Positions 50,546 to 63,347 of a DNA stretch of 64,000 bases are shown here, piece after piece. A program made the position numbers and the translations under genes. This stretch comes from Mobula hypostoma (Eukaryota): positions 76,074,001 to 76,138,000 of the forward strand of contig NC_086103.1 of NCBI RefSeq assembly GCF_963921235.1, read 5' to 3'. How positions within the stretch are numbered: the first letter of the stretch is position 1; each line of letters starts with the position of its first letter. The notes beneath the pieces are model-generated. The model was not told where the DNA came from and searched no databases. It saw nothing but the letters and a program-made list of their open reading frames with translations.

Positions 50546-53500
50546 TGAGGTGTGTAGGTTTTGAAGCCTGTTGATGAGTACTGATGGTGTACTGAGAATT
50601 CTGAAGTCCTTGGTCATTCTGTGCAATTCCCTGCACATCGACCTCCCTTTCCCCTGCCTCCTAAAAACGCAACAGGGTTCTTGCCATGTTTTCACCTTCA
50701 GTGTCACTAGGCTCAACATTCAGTGGTTTACCCACCTTCTTTAGACAATGCCTTCCCTTGTGGAGGTGCACGTGGAGCCTTCAGAATTGTTTCAGATTCT
50801 GTTTTATTTGCAGAGTTGTTAAACAATTTGTGAGAAAAAAATTAAAGAGAACCGTGTTCCAAATTTTCTAAAGTGGGTTGAAAAAAGTCGATTCAGTGAA
50901 GTAATTCATTCCAAACACCATGGTTGATACAAGTAGAATGAAAGTTAAAATCAGCTTCATATTGCTGGGAACCTTTTGCATGTTAAAAGCCCGATATTGG
51001 AATAAATGATAAATGGTATTCTAAAATGAATGCAAGCACAGTATAGAAAAAGTTAAGCTCTGTAAAACAAATGAGATGATTGGGTTGGTTGACTATTCAC
51101 ATGCAGTTGATATTGATAAATGAAATGTTATAGAAGAGGTCCTGTGAATCTCTAATTTGTGTGGATGGTGGGCTTTATATTTACCATATAACCTCACCAT
51201 AGGAATAATATTCATGCCACAAAAGTGCCATAAATGACGACTTCTAAAAAGATTCTGACCATATACCCTTGATAACTAACGGTGTCAGCATAAGAGTACA
51301 CTATCATAACATCCTGTGGGGCTAACTTAAATGGGCCGTTACATGCTTACTGTGGTAACAAGAACAGATCAGAAGCTGAGTGTCCTGTGGAAAGCTGCTG
51401 ATACCCCAAAACCTTTCCACCATTTACTGTCCAGAAATGTAGAGGAGATGAAAAGCAGAGCAACAGAGGCGATTCAGTGATGAATAGTAACTTTAATAAT
51501 AGACAACAAAATAACAAGCCATAAGGGGCCACCAGACAAGATAAAGCAGATATTAAACACCATAGGCAACAACGTAATTGAAGGCTAGGAGTTGGCTGGT
51601 TCAATGGGTGAATAAGGACTGTGGGTGAGAGCTGGGTTTAAATAGGCTGCAGGTGATGAGTTGGAAATGAGTGGCAGGTGATTACTGTTAGCTGGATAGA
51701 GACTTGGAAGTGCCTGCAGTACAAGCCTGACAGAACGTCCCTCCTATATCTGGCTTCTGATGGCCCAGGATGATCTGGATGGGTCCAATGGAACTTCTTG
51801 CTGATCCGAGGTGAAAGTAGATGGCACCCAAGACCTCTCCTCTGGGCTGTACCCTTCCTAGTTGTCCAGGTACTGAACACACCGTCCACGATGACGTGAA
51901 TCCATCAACTATCGAACCATTTACACTGGACCACCATCCACCATCGTAGGTTCGGGAAGTGCAGGTTCAGGTGGGTCGAGTGGACCAAGGACAGGGGGCT
52001 TGTGGCAGGTATGACCCTGAGGGATGATGGCAGCTGGAGGAACGAAGACATTGGCTGATGGGAAACTCTGATCATCTCCTGACCACCAGAACCACAGACC
52101 CACCAACTGAACCAACGTCAAGCTCACTAGGCCCTCTTCGTCAAGCTGTTCAACTTGATTGATGGCTGGATTGTTGCGATGGGTAATACTGAAGGGACCA
52201 ATGGACCAGTGAGAGAGCTATGTGTGTGCAGGGGCAGATCTCGGGTGGACAGTCAGACATGCTCCCCAGGCTGGAGTCATCTGGCTGGACACTGCTGGCG
52301 TTTGGCATGATAGCAGTAGGCACAGTTGGCAGCAAGGTTTGCCCTCCATGCCCTCCTGCAGCAGCGAACCAGGGCCTTGGCGAGCTGGACTTCTACTGTT
52401 GGCTCCTCCATGGGAGCTAGTAGCCAGGAAGCATTTCGAAGGGTGATATGCTCGTGGCAGAAAGCCAAAGTGTCGCAGAATCTTCTCCACTTGCTGTCTG
52501 GCTCTTTCTAGCTGACTGTTGGTCCACAGATAATAGCCAAACTTACTGAGGTGTAGAGGAGGGAGCAGAAGGCTTGCCAGAAATGGGAGACAAATTGTGG
52601 GCCCGAGTCTGACCAATGTCCTGAGGAAAACCACGGAGGTGAACTACATGCTGGGGTTCCAGGCTGACGTAGGTTTGTGGAGGTGGGCTGCCTTGGAGAC
52701 CCAATCTACCATGATGAAATCCATGGCAATGTGTGGGACCACTGGCATTGAGGGACTGGTACGGTCCCGGGAGCCCACAGAGCTGCAAGTTGTGGGAATT
52801 GGGCTGAACATATTGAGGGCAGGCAGTACGAACTGACATACATCTGCAACCATGACAGCCCACCAGAACTGGGGTCTCAGAAAATCCGGAGTCCGGATGG
52901 CTGGAGAGGCATGTGGGATGGGCCCATTGGAACGCCTCAGAGCGCACAGCTGCTGGCACGTGCGTGAAGTTGTCAGGTGTGTCAGCCAGAGCGGGCTCAT
53001 GCCATAGGGGCTTGCGGATCTGGTTCTCAAAATCCCAATCAGGGCAAGGATCTTTGAGGATGGAATGACAGTTTGAGGGTTAAATTCCATTCCAGCAGGT
53101 CAAACTGTCATGATAGGGCATCCACCTTACTGCTTTTGGAGTTGGGTTGGTAGGAGGTAGTGAAGTTGAAGAACAAGGTCCAGTGAGCCTGATGTGGGTT
53201 GAGTTTGTGAGCCTGTTGTATGGATGAGGTTCTGTTGGTTAATCCAGATCAGGAAGGGCTCCGTGCTTCCTGTCGGTTATCGTCTCCATTCCTCCAAGGT
53301 CATAATTAATGGCGAGTACCCCTAATCCATAATGGTGCTGTGTAGAGTGGAACTTACACAAGAAAGTACAGAGTGCGTCTTCCTGTCCAGTCCTCGCTGG
53401 GAGAGGATGGCCATGGTGTTCATGTCAGATGCGTCCACCTCCAACAGAAAATGTCCGAAGGGGTTTGGGTGGCAGAGAATGGGAGCAGTGCTGAAGCGTC

Positions 53501-54032
53501 TCTTAAGCTTCTCAAAAGACAGGTCCACAACAACTGACCAGGTTATCAGTGAGGTATGTGGTTTGGAGAAGGAGGTGAGGGGAGTGGCGATTTGGCTGTA
53601 GTTATTGATGAAACAGCAGTAGAAGCTGGAGAAGCCCAGGAAGTGCTGTGGCTGTTTGAAGGAGTGTGGTCGGGGCTATTCAATGATGGCACACATTTTC
53701 TTTGGGTCCATGGTTAAGCCTTGGGGTGAAAGTATGTCCCCAGGAAGGAAATGATTGGGGTGTGGAACTGGCGTTTCTATATCTTGTGGTATAGTTGGTT
53801 CTTGAGGAGATGCTGACAGACTGTACGGATATGGCAATTATTGTCTTGAGGATCCCTGGAGAAGATGAGACACATACTTGTGTAGCATTTCTTGGAGGAG
53901 TTCGTTAATGGAAGTTTGGAAAAGGCTGGACTGTTGGAAAGCCCAATAGGCACCAGTGGCCAGTGGATGCATTGGACACTGTCTTTCACTCATCCCCCCA
54001 GCCCCATGGAGCATTTTGAATGCGCTACCCAT

Positions 54033-55533
54033 TAATAGAAACATAGAAGCATAGAAAATAGGTGCAGGAGTAGGCCATTTGGCCCTTCGAACCTGCACCG
54101 CCATTCAGTACGATCACGGCTGATCATCCAGCTCAGAACCCTGTACCTGCCTTCTCTCCATACCCCCTGATCCCTTTAGCCACAAGGGCCATATCTAACT
54201 CCCTCTTAAATATAGCCAGTGAACTGGCCTCAACTGTTTCCTGTGGCAGAGAATTCCACAGGAAACATACTCCCTGATCCCTTTAGCTACAAGGGCCATA
54301 TCTAACTCCCTCTTAAATATAGCCATTGAACTGGCCTCAACTGTTTCCTGTGGCAGAGAATTCCACAGGAAACATACTCTCTGATCCCTTTAGCCACAAG
54401 GGCCATATCTAACTCCCTCTTAAATATAACCAGTGAACTGGCCTCAACTGTTTCCTGTGGCAGAGAATTCCAAAGATTCACCACTCTCTGTGTGAAGAAG
54501 TTTTTCCTCATCTCAGTCCTAAAAGGCTTCCCCTTTATCCTCAAACTGTGACCCCTCGTTCTGGACTTCCCCAACATCGGGAACAATCTTCCTACATCTG
54601 GTCTGTCCAATCCCTTTAGAATTTTATACTTTTCAATAAGATCCCCCCCTCAATCTTCTAAATTCCAGAGAGTACAAGCCTAGTCGATCTAGTCTTTCAT
54701 CATATGAAAGTCCTGCCATCCCAGGAATCAATCTGGTGAACCTTCTTTGTACTCCCTCTATGACAAGAATGTCTTTCCTCAGATTAGGGGATCAAAACTG
54801 CACACAATACTCCAGGTGTGGTCTCACCAAGGCCTTGTACGACTGCAGTAGTACCTCCCTGCTCCTGTACTCGAATCCTCTTGCTATGAATGCCAGAATA
54901 CCATTCGCCTTTTTCACCGCCTGCTGTACCTGCATGCCCATTTTCAATGACTGGTGTACAATGACACCCAGATCTCGTTGCACCTCCCCTTTTCCTAATT
55001 GGCCACCATTCAGATAATAATCTGTTTTCCTGTTCTTGCCACCAAAGTGGATAACCTCACATTTATCCACATTAAATTGCACCTGCCATGAATTTGCCCA
55101 CTCACCTAACCTATCCAAGTCACCCTGCATCCTCTTAGCATCCTCCTCACAGCTAACACTACCGCCCAGCTTCGTGTCATCCGCAATCTTGGAGATGCTG
55201 CATTTAATTCCCTCATCCAAGTCATTAATATACATTGTAAACAACTGGACTCCCAGCACTGAGCCTTACGGTACCCCATTAGTCACTGCCTGCCATTCTG
55301 AAAAGGTCCCGTTTATTCCCACTCTTTGCTTCCTGTCTGCCAACCAATTCTCTATCCACATCAATACCATATCCCCAATACCGTGTGCTTTAAGTTTGCA
55401 CACTAATCTCCTGTGTGGGACCTTGTCAAAAGACTTTTGAAAATCCAAATATACCACATCCACTGATTCTCCCCTATCCACTCTACTAGCTACGTCCTCA
55501 AAAAATTCTATGAGATTCGTCAGACATGATTTT
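54033..55533 (-). mobile_element. Young CR1 LINE nested in the Gypsy RT
   Basis: KSCLTNLIEFFEDV...KIADDTKL...RPHLEYCVQF; near-identical to 42379-43585. Confidence 0.95.
54160..54473. repeat. 107-bp tandem triplication inside the CR1 3' region
   Basis: ctgatcccttta recurs at 54167, 54274 and 54381. Confidence 0.93.
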
Positions 55534-56699
55534 GGGAGAGGGGAGCAGTTCTTAATAGTGATTTTGTTGAATGCATGGCAGCTGATGCAGGGACAGAGAC
55601 CCCCATCTTTCCCTTTGTCTGAGAAGAACCTCGCAGCTGATGAGGACTGGGATGTTCGAATGAAGCTATGCTTCAGTCCTTCAGTAATGTGGTCATTCAT
55701 GGCATGGGTCTCAGGAGTGGAGAGGGAGAACAGATGACCTCTGGGAGGGGTAGTTCCCAGGAGATCGATCGCATGGTCATGTGGTCTGTGAGGTGGCAGG
55801 GAACTGGTTTTCCTTTTACTGAAGGCAATGGCTAAGTCGTGGTATCCCTGTGGGATTTTGATGAGGACAAGGGTTTCCTCCGTCTCCATGGATTCACGGG
55901 GTGAACTAAACTTTGGTTGTATCAGGTGGGTCCCCAACTCAGCAGTGAACTGATGTCCAGGGGTGATCCAAACTAGAGGAGTGTTCAGTGAGGAGTTGTA
56001 TGGACTCGTGGTGCTCTCGGATACTCACGTGCATAGGGCGTGTGCGAGCTCTGACCATCCCGGACCCCAAGGGACATCCTTCAATGGCCATGATGCAGAA
56101 GGGCTGAAAGAGAATCAATAGGGAGCCCAAGTGGCACACGCAGAGACCAGTCCAGAGAGTTGCCTGCTGCACTGGAATCCACCAGAGTCTCATGTGCACG
56201 TAGAGCCATCAGGTTGTGGAGGACAGAGAGAGTGAGTCAGGCTACGATACTGAAACAAAAGGGCCATGGGTGAGAGGGGAGCTTATTGGATAGAAGGCCC
56301 TCATCTCTACCTGGTGGTGCTGGTTTTGAAGCAGTGGGCATTTGATGATTTGATGTGTGGATGACAGTAATCACACAGGTTGTTCCTCTACCAACACTCA
56401 TACTGATGGGAGTGGGGGGGGGGGGAATGGCAAGGGAGCTCTCCCTAACTGCATGAATTCTGGAGGCATTTCTCATGACGGTCCTGCAGCCTGAGATGGT
56501 TCAGGGAATGGAACTGGGGTCCTGGTTGATGATCTGGTGGGTCATAACACAAGACTCTTCAATATGGAGGATCAGAGTGTTGAGGCTTTCGAGGTCGGTG
56601 GGCATCTCCCAGGTTGACAGCTCACCTTTCAAGTGCTCCAAGAGGCTGTGATGGTAATGGATCAGCTGCACTTCTGCATTCCAGCTGCACTCTGCCGTG

Positions 56700-56875
56700 A
56701 GGCTCCTGAATTCCACCAGCTCCGAGTGTGAGAGTCCTGAATTCCATCGTATGATTCTGCACCGAGCACGAGGGTTCTAATTCCACCGTGTAATCCAGCA
56801 CCGAGTGTGAGGATCCTGAATTCCAGCACATGGCATGAGGGTTCTGAATTCCACCATGTAATCCAGCACCAAGCA
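56700..56875. repeat. Imperfect ~27-40-bp tandem repeat in Gypsy gag
   Basis: Repeated gagggttctgaattccaccatgtaatccagcaccgag-like units, about five copies. Confidence 0.8.
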
Positions 56876-57729
56876 TGATGCATGTGAAGTATCCAATCCA
56901 CTACCTTCCTTCCATTTCCCAGATGGTCGAAAACCTGGTGCATCTCAGCAGTGAATTGCTCATATTTATTGCAAATTGTGGTTTTATTGTCGCAGTTAGT
57001 GGCGGCCTGGATCAGAGTTCACCCAGTCATCAGAGAAATGACAAAGGCAATCTTGGCTCAGTCCATAGAATAGAGGTGGCTGTAGTTCGAAATATAAGAT
57101 ACACTGGGACAGGAGGTTGTGGCATCAGGTTGGGGATCTGTCAAAACATTTGGGCACTGAGGGAGGAGACTGTCTGGCGTGAGGTTGCTGTAATGAGATG
57201 GTGAGTTGTTTGAGATTAGCGAGCAAATGGTCAATGTTTTCCTGCTGCCTCTAGATCGCGAACTCGTGTTTGTGGATGACTTCCTTTGGATGAGCAGACT
57301 CTGCTGGGTCAATCTCTGACTCACTCATCCTGTCACAAAGTCGAGGAGCCTTGATTTAAAAGCAGAGCAGGGAGATGATTTGGCACTAGCCAGTAACTTT
57401 AATAACAGACTGCAAAATAACAAGCCATGAGGGGCACAAAACAAGAGAGGACAGATACTGAACACAACATCCAACAATATAACTGAAGGCTAGGAGCAAC
57501 TGGTTGAGGCTGGCTGGTTCAGTGGGTGAACAAGGACTGTGGATGAGAGCTGGGTTTTAATAGGCTGCAGGTGTTGAATTGGAAATGAGTGGCAGGCGAT
57601 TCTTGTTAGTTGGGTGGAGACTGAGAGGTGCCTTTCTGTGCAGGTTTGACATCTACATGGCACAATTCGGGCGTGTGATAATTACCAGGGTTTTCTTGGA
57701 TGATTGTAGCTCTGACACTCAAGGAGGTA

Positions 57730-60700
57730 AATATCACTCTGGCTTCGAGTCTGGCTGTGTGGCTGAGAAGGGAAGCGGGGAAGAAGAGAAGAGCAGTGTT
57801 GATAGGGGATTCAATAGTGTGGGGAACAAACTGAGGAGTCTGTAGATGTGAAAGAGAATCCCAGATTGTATATTGTCTCTCAGGTGTCAGGGATGTTTTG
57901 GATCATGTCCATAGCAGTCTTAAGAGGGAGGGTGAGCTGCTAGGAGTCAGCGTACGTATTGGTATCAATGACAAGGTAGGAAAAGTGATAAGGTCCTGAA
58001 GAGTGAATAGAGAGAGCTAGGTAGGGAGCTGAAAAGCAGGACCTCAAGGGTAGTAATCTCTGAATTGCTGCCTGTACTGCGCACCAGTGTGGCTAAGAAT
58101 AGGATTATTTGGCTGATGAATGAGTGGTTGAAGAATTGATGCAGTGGCAGGATTTCAGATTTGTGAATTATCGGGATGTCTTCTGGGGCAAATATGACCT
58201 GTACAGAAGAGACAGATTACACCTGAACTTGAGGAGGACCAAGATTTGCTAGAGCTGTTGGAGTGGGTTTAAACTAGATTGACAGTGGGATGGGAACCAG
58301 AGTGGGTGGGGCAGTTGGTGTAAAGATAGATGTGACATATAGAGGCAGTGAGTAGGGCATAAGAACAATCAGTTAGATGGGTGGAAGTGTACTATATTAA
58401 CACAAGAAGTTTCAGAACAAGGCTGATGAAATTAGAGCATGGGTCAGTACATGGAACTATGATGTTGTGGCCATTACAGAGATCTGACTGTCACAAGGGA
58501 AGGAATGGGTGCTGGATGTTCCTGTTAGATATTTCAAAAGGGACAGAAAGGGAAGTAAAAGAAGTGGGGGAATGGCATTGCCAATCAGGGGAAGTATCAT
58601 AGCTGAAGAAAGGGAGGACATCGTGGAGAGATCTAAGTCAGAAACAAGAAAGGAGCACTTACTGTCTTTGGAGTATTCTATAGACTTACCCCTCCCCCAG
58701 TAGCAACAGAGACACTGAGGATCAGATTAGGAGGCAAATTTTAGAAGGATTAAAAACTAACAAGGTTGTTGTCATGGGTGACTTCAACTCCCCTAATCTT
58801 CATCAGAATCTCTTTAGTGCATAAGTTTGAAATGGGGCAGAATTTGTTAGGTGTGTTCAGGAAGGATTCCTGGCCCAATATGCAGACAGGTGGACGACTG
58901 AATCTGATAGAAGGCAAGGAACCTGGTCAGGTGATAGATCTCTTGGTGGGTAATCATTCAGAGATAGTGACCATAACTCCCTGCCCTTTACCATTGACTT
59001 GGACGGGAATAGGAGTAGATAGTATAGGTAGGTATCTAATTGGGGAGGATGAATTATGATGCTTTTCAGCAGGAACTTTGGACTGTAAATTGGGAACATA
59101 TTTGGAATGGGGAAATGCACAACAGAAATGTGAAGGTTGTTTAGGGAGCACTTGTATAGGGTTCTGGATTAGTTTGTCCCATTAAGGGAGGGAAAGAATG
59201 GTAGGGTGGAGGAACCATTGTTGATAAGAGATGTAGAGCATCTAGTCAAGAGGAAGCAAGAAGTATACTTAAGAATAGGGAACAGGAATCAGATAAGGAT
59301 GTGGAGAGTTACAAGGTAATCAGGAAGGAGCTTAAGAATGGACTTTGGAGAGCCAGAAGGGGACATGAGAAGGCCTTGATGAGTAGGATTAAGGAAAATC
59401 ACAAGGCATTCTACATATACAGTACCTGAAGAAAAGGAGGAGAGTGAGAATAGGAACAATCAGGGATAGAAGAGGAAACATATGCCTGGAGTCAGAGCAG
59501 GTAAGGGAAGTCTTTAATGAATATTTTGCTTCGGTATTTTCCAGTCAGAGGGACCTTTACAAATGTAAGGACAGTGTAAAACAGGCTGATATGGTAGAAC
59601 ATTATGACATTAAGAAAGAGGATGTGCGGGAATGTTTGAAAGACATTAGATCCCCGGGGTTAGGCGGGATATACTCCAGGTTGCTACAGGAAGTGAAGGA
59701 AGAGATTGTTGTGCCTTTGAGGATGATCCTTGTGTCCTTATTGGCTGCAGGAGTAATACCAGAAGATTGGAGGATGGCAAATGTAATTCCTTTGTTTAAG
59801 AAAGGGAATAGGGATCACCCTTAGAAATTAATATGGAACAGTGACTCTTACATCAGTGGTGACAACATTATTGAAGAGGATTCTTAGAGGCAGGATTTAT
59901 GAGCATTTGGAGAAGCATTGTCTGATTGAAGATAGTAAACGTGGCTTTGTGAGGGGCAAGTCATGCCTCATAAGCCAGCATGACTTGTTTGAGGATGTGC
60001 GAAAACAAATGGATGAAGATAGAGCAGTGGATGTTGTGTATGTGCATTTTAGTAAGGCATTTTACAAGGTTCCCCATGGTAGTCTCATTCAGAAAGTCAG
60101 GAGGGATGGGATTGAGGGAAACTTGGCTGTGTGGATTCAGAATTGGTTTACGCACTGAAGGTAGAAGCTGGTACTAGATGGAGTGTATTCTGTTCGGAAA
60201 TTGGCAACCAGAGGTGTTTCACAGGATCTGTTCTGGGACCCCTGCTTTTTTTAAATTTTTATAAATGACGTGTATGAGGAAGTTGAAGTGCAGGTTAGTA
60301 GATGACACAAAGGTTGGTGACGGTGTGGATAGTGGAGAGGGACGGTTGAACATTGATAGGAGGCAGGGCTAGGCTGAGAGGTGGCAGATGGAATTCAATA
60401 TGGAAACGTGTGAAGTGATATACTTTTGGAAGGTTGAATTTGAAGGCAGAGTACAGGGTTAATGGCAGGATTCTTAGCAGTGTGGAAGAATGGAGGGGTC
60501 TTGGTTCCATCTTCACAGATACCTCAAAGGTGCTGTGCAAGTTGCCAGAGTGGTTAAGAAAGCATATGGTTTGTTTGCCTTCATTATTTGGGGAACTGAG
60601 TCCAAGAGCATGAGGAAATGTTGTAGTTATACAAACCTGTGGTTAAGTCACACTTAGAATATTATGCTCAGTGCTGGTTGCCTCATTATAGGAAGGATGG

Positions 60701-62090
60701 AGAAGATGGCGGCGCGACGCAGCTCACAGCGGCCACTCCGGTGATGATGATATCTGTTATCTGTCAAGTAGGGTGCCGTGCACAATCCTGATTTGATGGA
60801 GACAGACGTGAGAACACAGAGGAACATCTGGAGAAACTTCTGAAATGCCTGCTTCGCTGCTGCTGCTGCTGTGTGGTCCGGAATCTCTGGAGGAGAAGGC
60901 CCCAAGTCCTCGGCTTTGCTTGTTGCTTGGCGGCCGGGGTGGGGTTGAAGCGCTCGGCAGAGGATGGTGCTCGGAGAGGCTGTGTCGGAGGGGCTGGTCG
61001 GAGGCTCGAAGTTTTCGGACGGACTCAGAGTCCACTGCGGTCGGGTGCTTCCAATGGTGCTGCATCGGCAAGTTTGCGGTGCTTGGAAGTTCGTGGCAGG
61101 GAGAGTTTCTCCCTTCTACCGTCTGCGTCAGATGATGGGGCTATCAGGACTTGAGACTTTTTTTACCGTGCCCATGGTCTGCTCTTTATCAAATTACGGC
61201 ATTGCTTTGCACTGTTGTAACTATATGTTATAATTATGTGGTTTTGTCAGTTTTAGTCTTGGTTTGTCTTGTATTTCTGTGATATCATTCTGGAGGAACA
61301 TTGTATCATTTTTTAATGCATGCATTTCTAAATGACAATAAACGAGGACTGAGTGTCCTCATAATCTAATATAATGTGGAAGCCCTGGAGAGGGTAGAGA
61401 AGATTTATCAGAATGATGCCCAGATTGTTAAGCATGTCTTATAAGTAAAAGTTGAGCAAGCTCGGGCTTTTCTCTTTGGAGCAAACGTGGATGAGAGGTG
61501 ACTTGATAGAAGTAGCAAAGATTATAAGAAGCATAGATTGAGATAAATGGCTAGCACTTGAGGGCCCAGTTTTAAGGTACTTGGAAGTAGGTACAGAGGA
61601 GATGTCGGGGTAAATTTTTTATGCAGAGAGTGGTGGGTGCGTGGAATGGGCTGCCAGTGACTATGGTGGAGGTGGATATGATAAGGTCTTTTAAGAGACT
61701 CCTAGAGTACATGGAGTTTAGAAAAATAGAGGGCTATGGGTAACCCTAGGTACTTTCTAAATTAAGTACATGTTTGGCACAGCATTGTGGGCCGAAGGGC
61801 CTGTATTGTGCTGTAGGTTTTCTATGTTTCTATGTGTGGACACCCAGAGACCTTTACCCCAGAGCAGAAATGGTTGTTTCAAGGGAGCATATTTTTAATG
61901 TGATTGGAAGGAAGTATAGAGAATGTCAGAGGTAAGATTTTTTTTCACAGAGAGTGATAGGTGCACGGAAAGCCAAAGGTAATGGTAGAGGCATAAACAA
62001 TTAGGGATTCTTAAATAGGCACGTGTATAAAATAAAAATGGAGGGTTATGTGGGAGGAAAGGGTCAGATTGATCAGTTAGTTAAAAGGTC
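57730..62090 (+). mobile_element. Long decayed CR1 LINE (ORF1 esterase, EN, RT, 3' end) with nested inserts
   Basis: RELGRELKSRTSRVVISELLPV; VMGDFNSP; PEDWRMANVIPLFKKG; VYVHFSKAFYKVPH; nested CR1 3' end at ~61545-61835. Confidence 0.85.
60700..61373 (+). mobile_element. Non-coding ~675-bp retroposon, family A copy 2
   Basis: Starts GAGAAGATGGCGGCGCG; same 3' hairpin and taatc tail; short direct repeat atg (60697-60699 / 61374-61376). Confidence 0.85.
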
Positions 62091-62455
62091 ATCATAAGTC
62101 CAAAGTGCTTGGACTACCCTGTATGGTTCCATGTTCTCTAACAGACAATCCGCTTGACTGGAATCCTATCTACCACCTTAGCCATTCATTCCCTGAACCT
62201 CTAGTGCACCATGTCTGCAGCGTGTGGACCACTTCCATGATACATTGTGGTTACTTGCCTAGAGTACTTGGACAACGTCTACCAAACTCATGATTTTTAT
62301 CATTATGAGGACAAGGGCAACAGACACATGTCAACATCTGTTTTCTCTCTTTGTTCTACATTATTAGAAAGAGATTGCAACATCTAAGTCCTAGCCCCAC
62401 CCCCCACCACTCAGCAACAGCATTAGGGAATACCTTCACCAGGATAACAGCAGTG

Positions 62456-62875
62456 CAAAGGTCCAATCTAATGTCAGAGAAATTTATACAAATATACATC
62501 CTGAAATGCTTTCTCTTCACAAACATCCACAAAAACAGGGAAGTGCCCCAAAGAATGAACAACGGTTAAACGTGAGAACCCCAAAATACCCCCCCACCAG
62601 CTTCCCCTCCCGCGCGTAAGTGGCAGCAAGCAACGATACCCCCTCCCCCCGGCAAATAAAACCGCACCCACTACCAAGCAGAAGCATGAGTCAGGCGATA
62701 GCAAAGACACAGACCTTGCAGCTACCCGAAAGTCTATCGCATTTCATCCAGCATTCGACAAACCACAGGTTTTCTCTCACCCTAATAAGGGAGAGGGAGG
62801 TGTCCCCCATTTTCACAGCGAGCAAGAGACATAACAACAACAACCCGCTGGTTTACGATGTTAAAAAGTCCGTTT
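62456..62875 (-). mobile_element. Retroposon family B, 5'-truncated copy
   Basis: Colinear with 39950-40315. Confidence 0.75.
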
Positions 62876-63347
62876 CAAAATAGATCAAACTTAAGGGCAT
62901 TTAGAGATGGGCAATAAATGCTGTAAAAGCAAGCAACATCCATATTCTAAGAAAGTGATAAGTGAAAAATATCACCTACAGTGTGATGTCACACATGTCC
63001 AATGAAGGAACAAAGGCAGTTTTTTTCATTTCACATCGGTAGAGCAGGAATATTTGGTTGTGATTCTTTTGGTGTCTTTTCTAAATTTTAAATGAGACTC
63101 TATTAATTGAACAAGCATCAATAAAGCCAAGTCTAGCATTATTGAAGAACAAATTGGAAAATGTATATGTCTACATTCCTGTAACAGTACCTCGTATTTA
63201 TATATTACTATTATTCTGAGAAATCCATAATTTGTTTGCATCTGCTAAGAATTGTTTTCAGTATTTCTGAAATACTTTCGAGAAATGCACTCTCACAAAA
63301 TGTTGTTTTGGGTTTTAGCCTCCTTCTTTTTGCTCGCTGTTTCTCAG

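Larger units (their letters stand above)
51428..57651 (-). mobile_element. Full-span decayed Gypsy chromovirus (Sushi-like); LTRs 57331-57651 (5') and 51428-51732 (3')
   Basis: TG...CA LTRs; 5-bp TSD tttac / tctac (1 mismatch); gag (LDYTVE / EFRSLTAECSWN), RT (IDLLGTTPPRGHLFSLS...GGLCPC), RNase H (FLLEVDASD), integrase (HIAMDF), chromodomain (QYLDN*EGYSPEERSWVP). Confidence 0.9.

Noticed and set aside
55266-55937. 223-aa Gypsy-RT/CR1-RT fusion ORF
   Set aside because: Chance in-frame junction of a CR1 insertion in a dead Gypsy; both halves are truncated
51733-57330. Domesticated PEG10/RTL-like gene
   Set aside because: Many stops and frameshifts, retained LTRs and a CR1 insertion in RT
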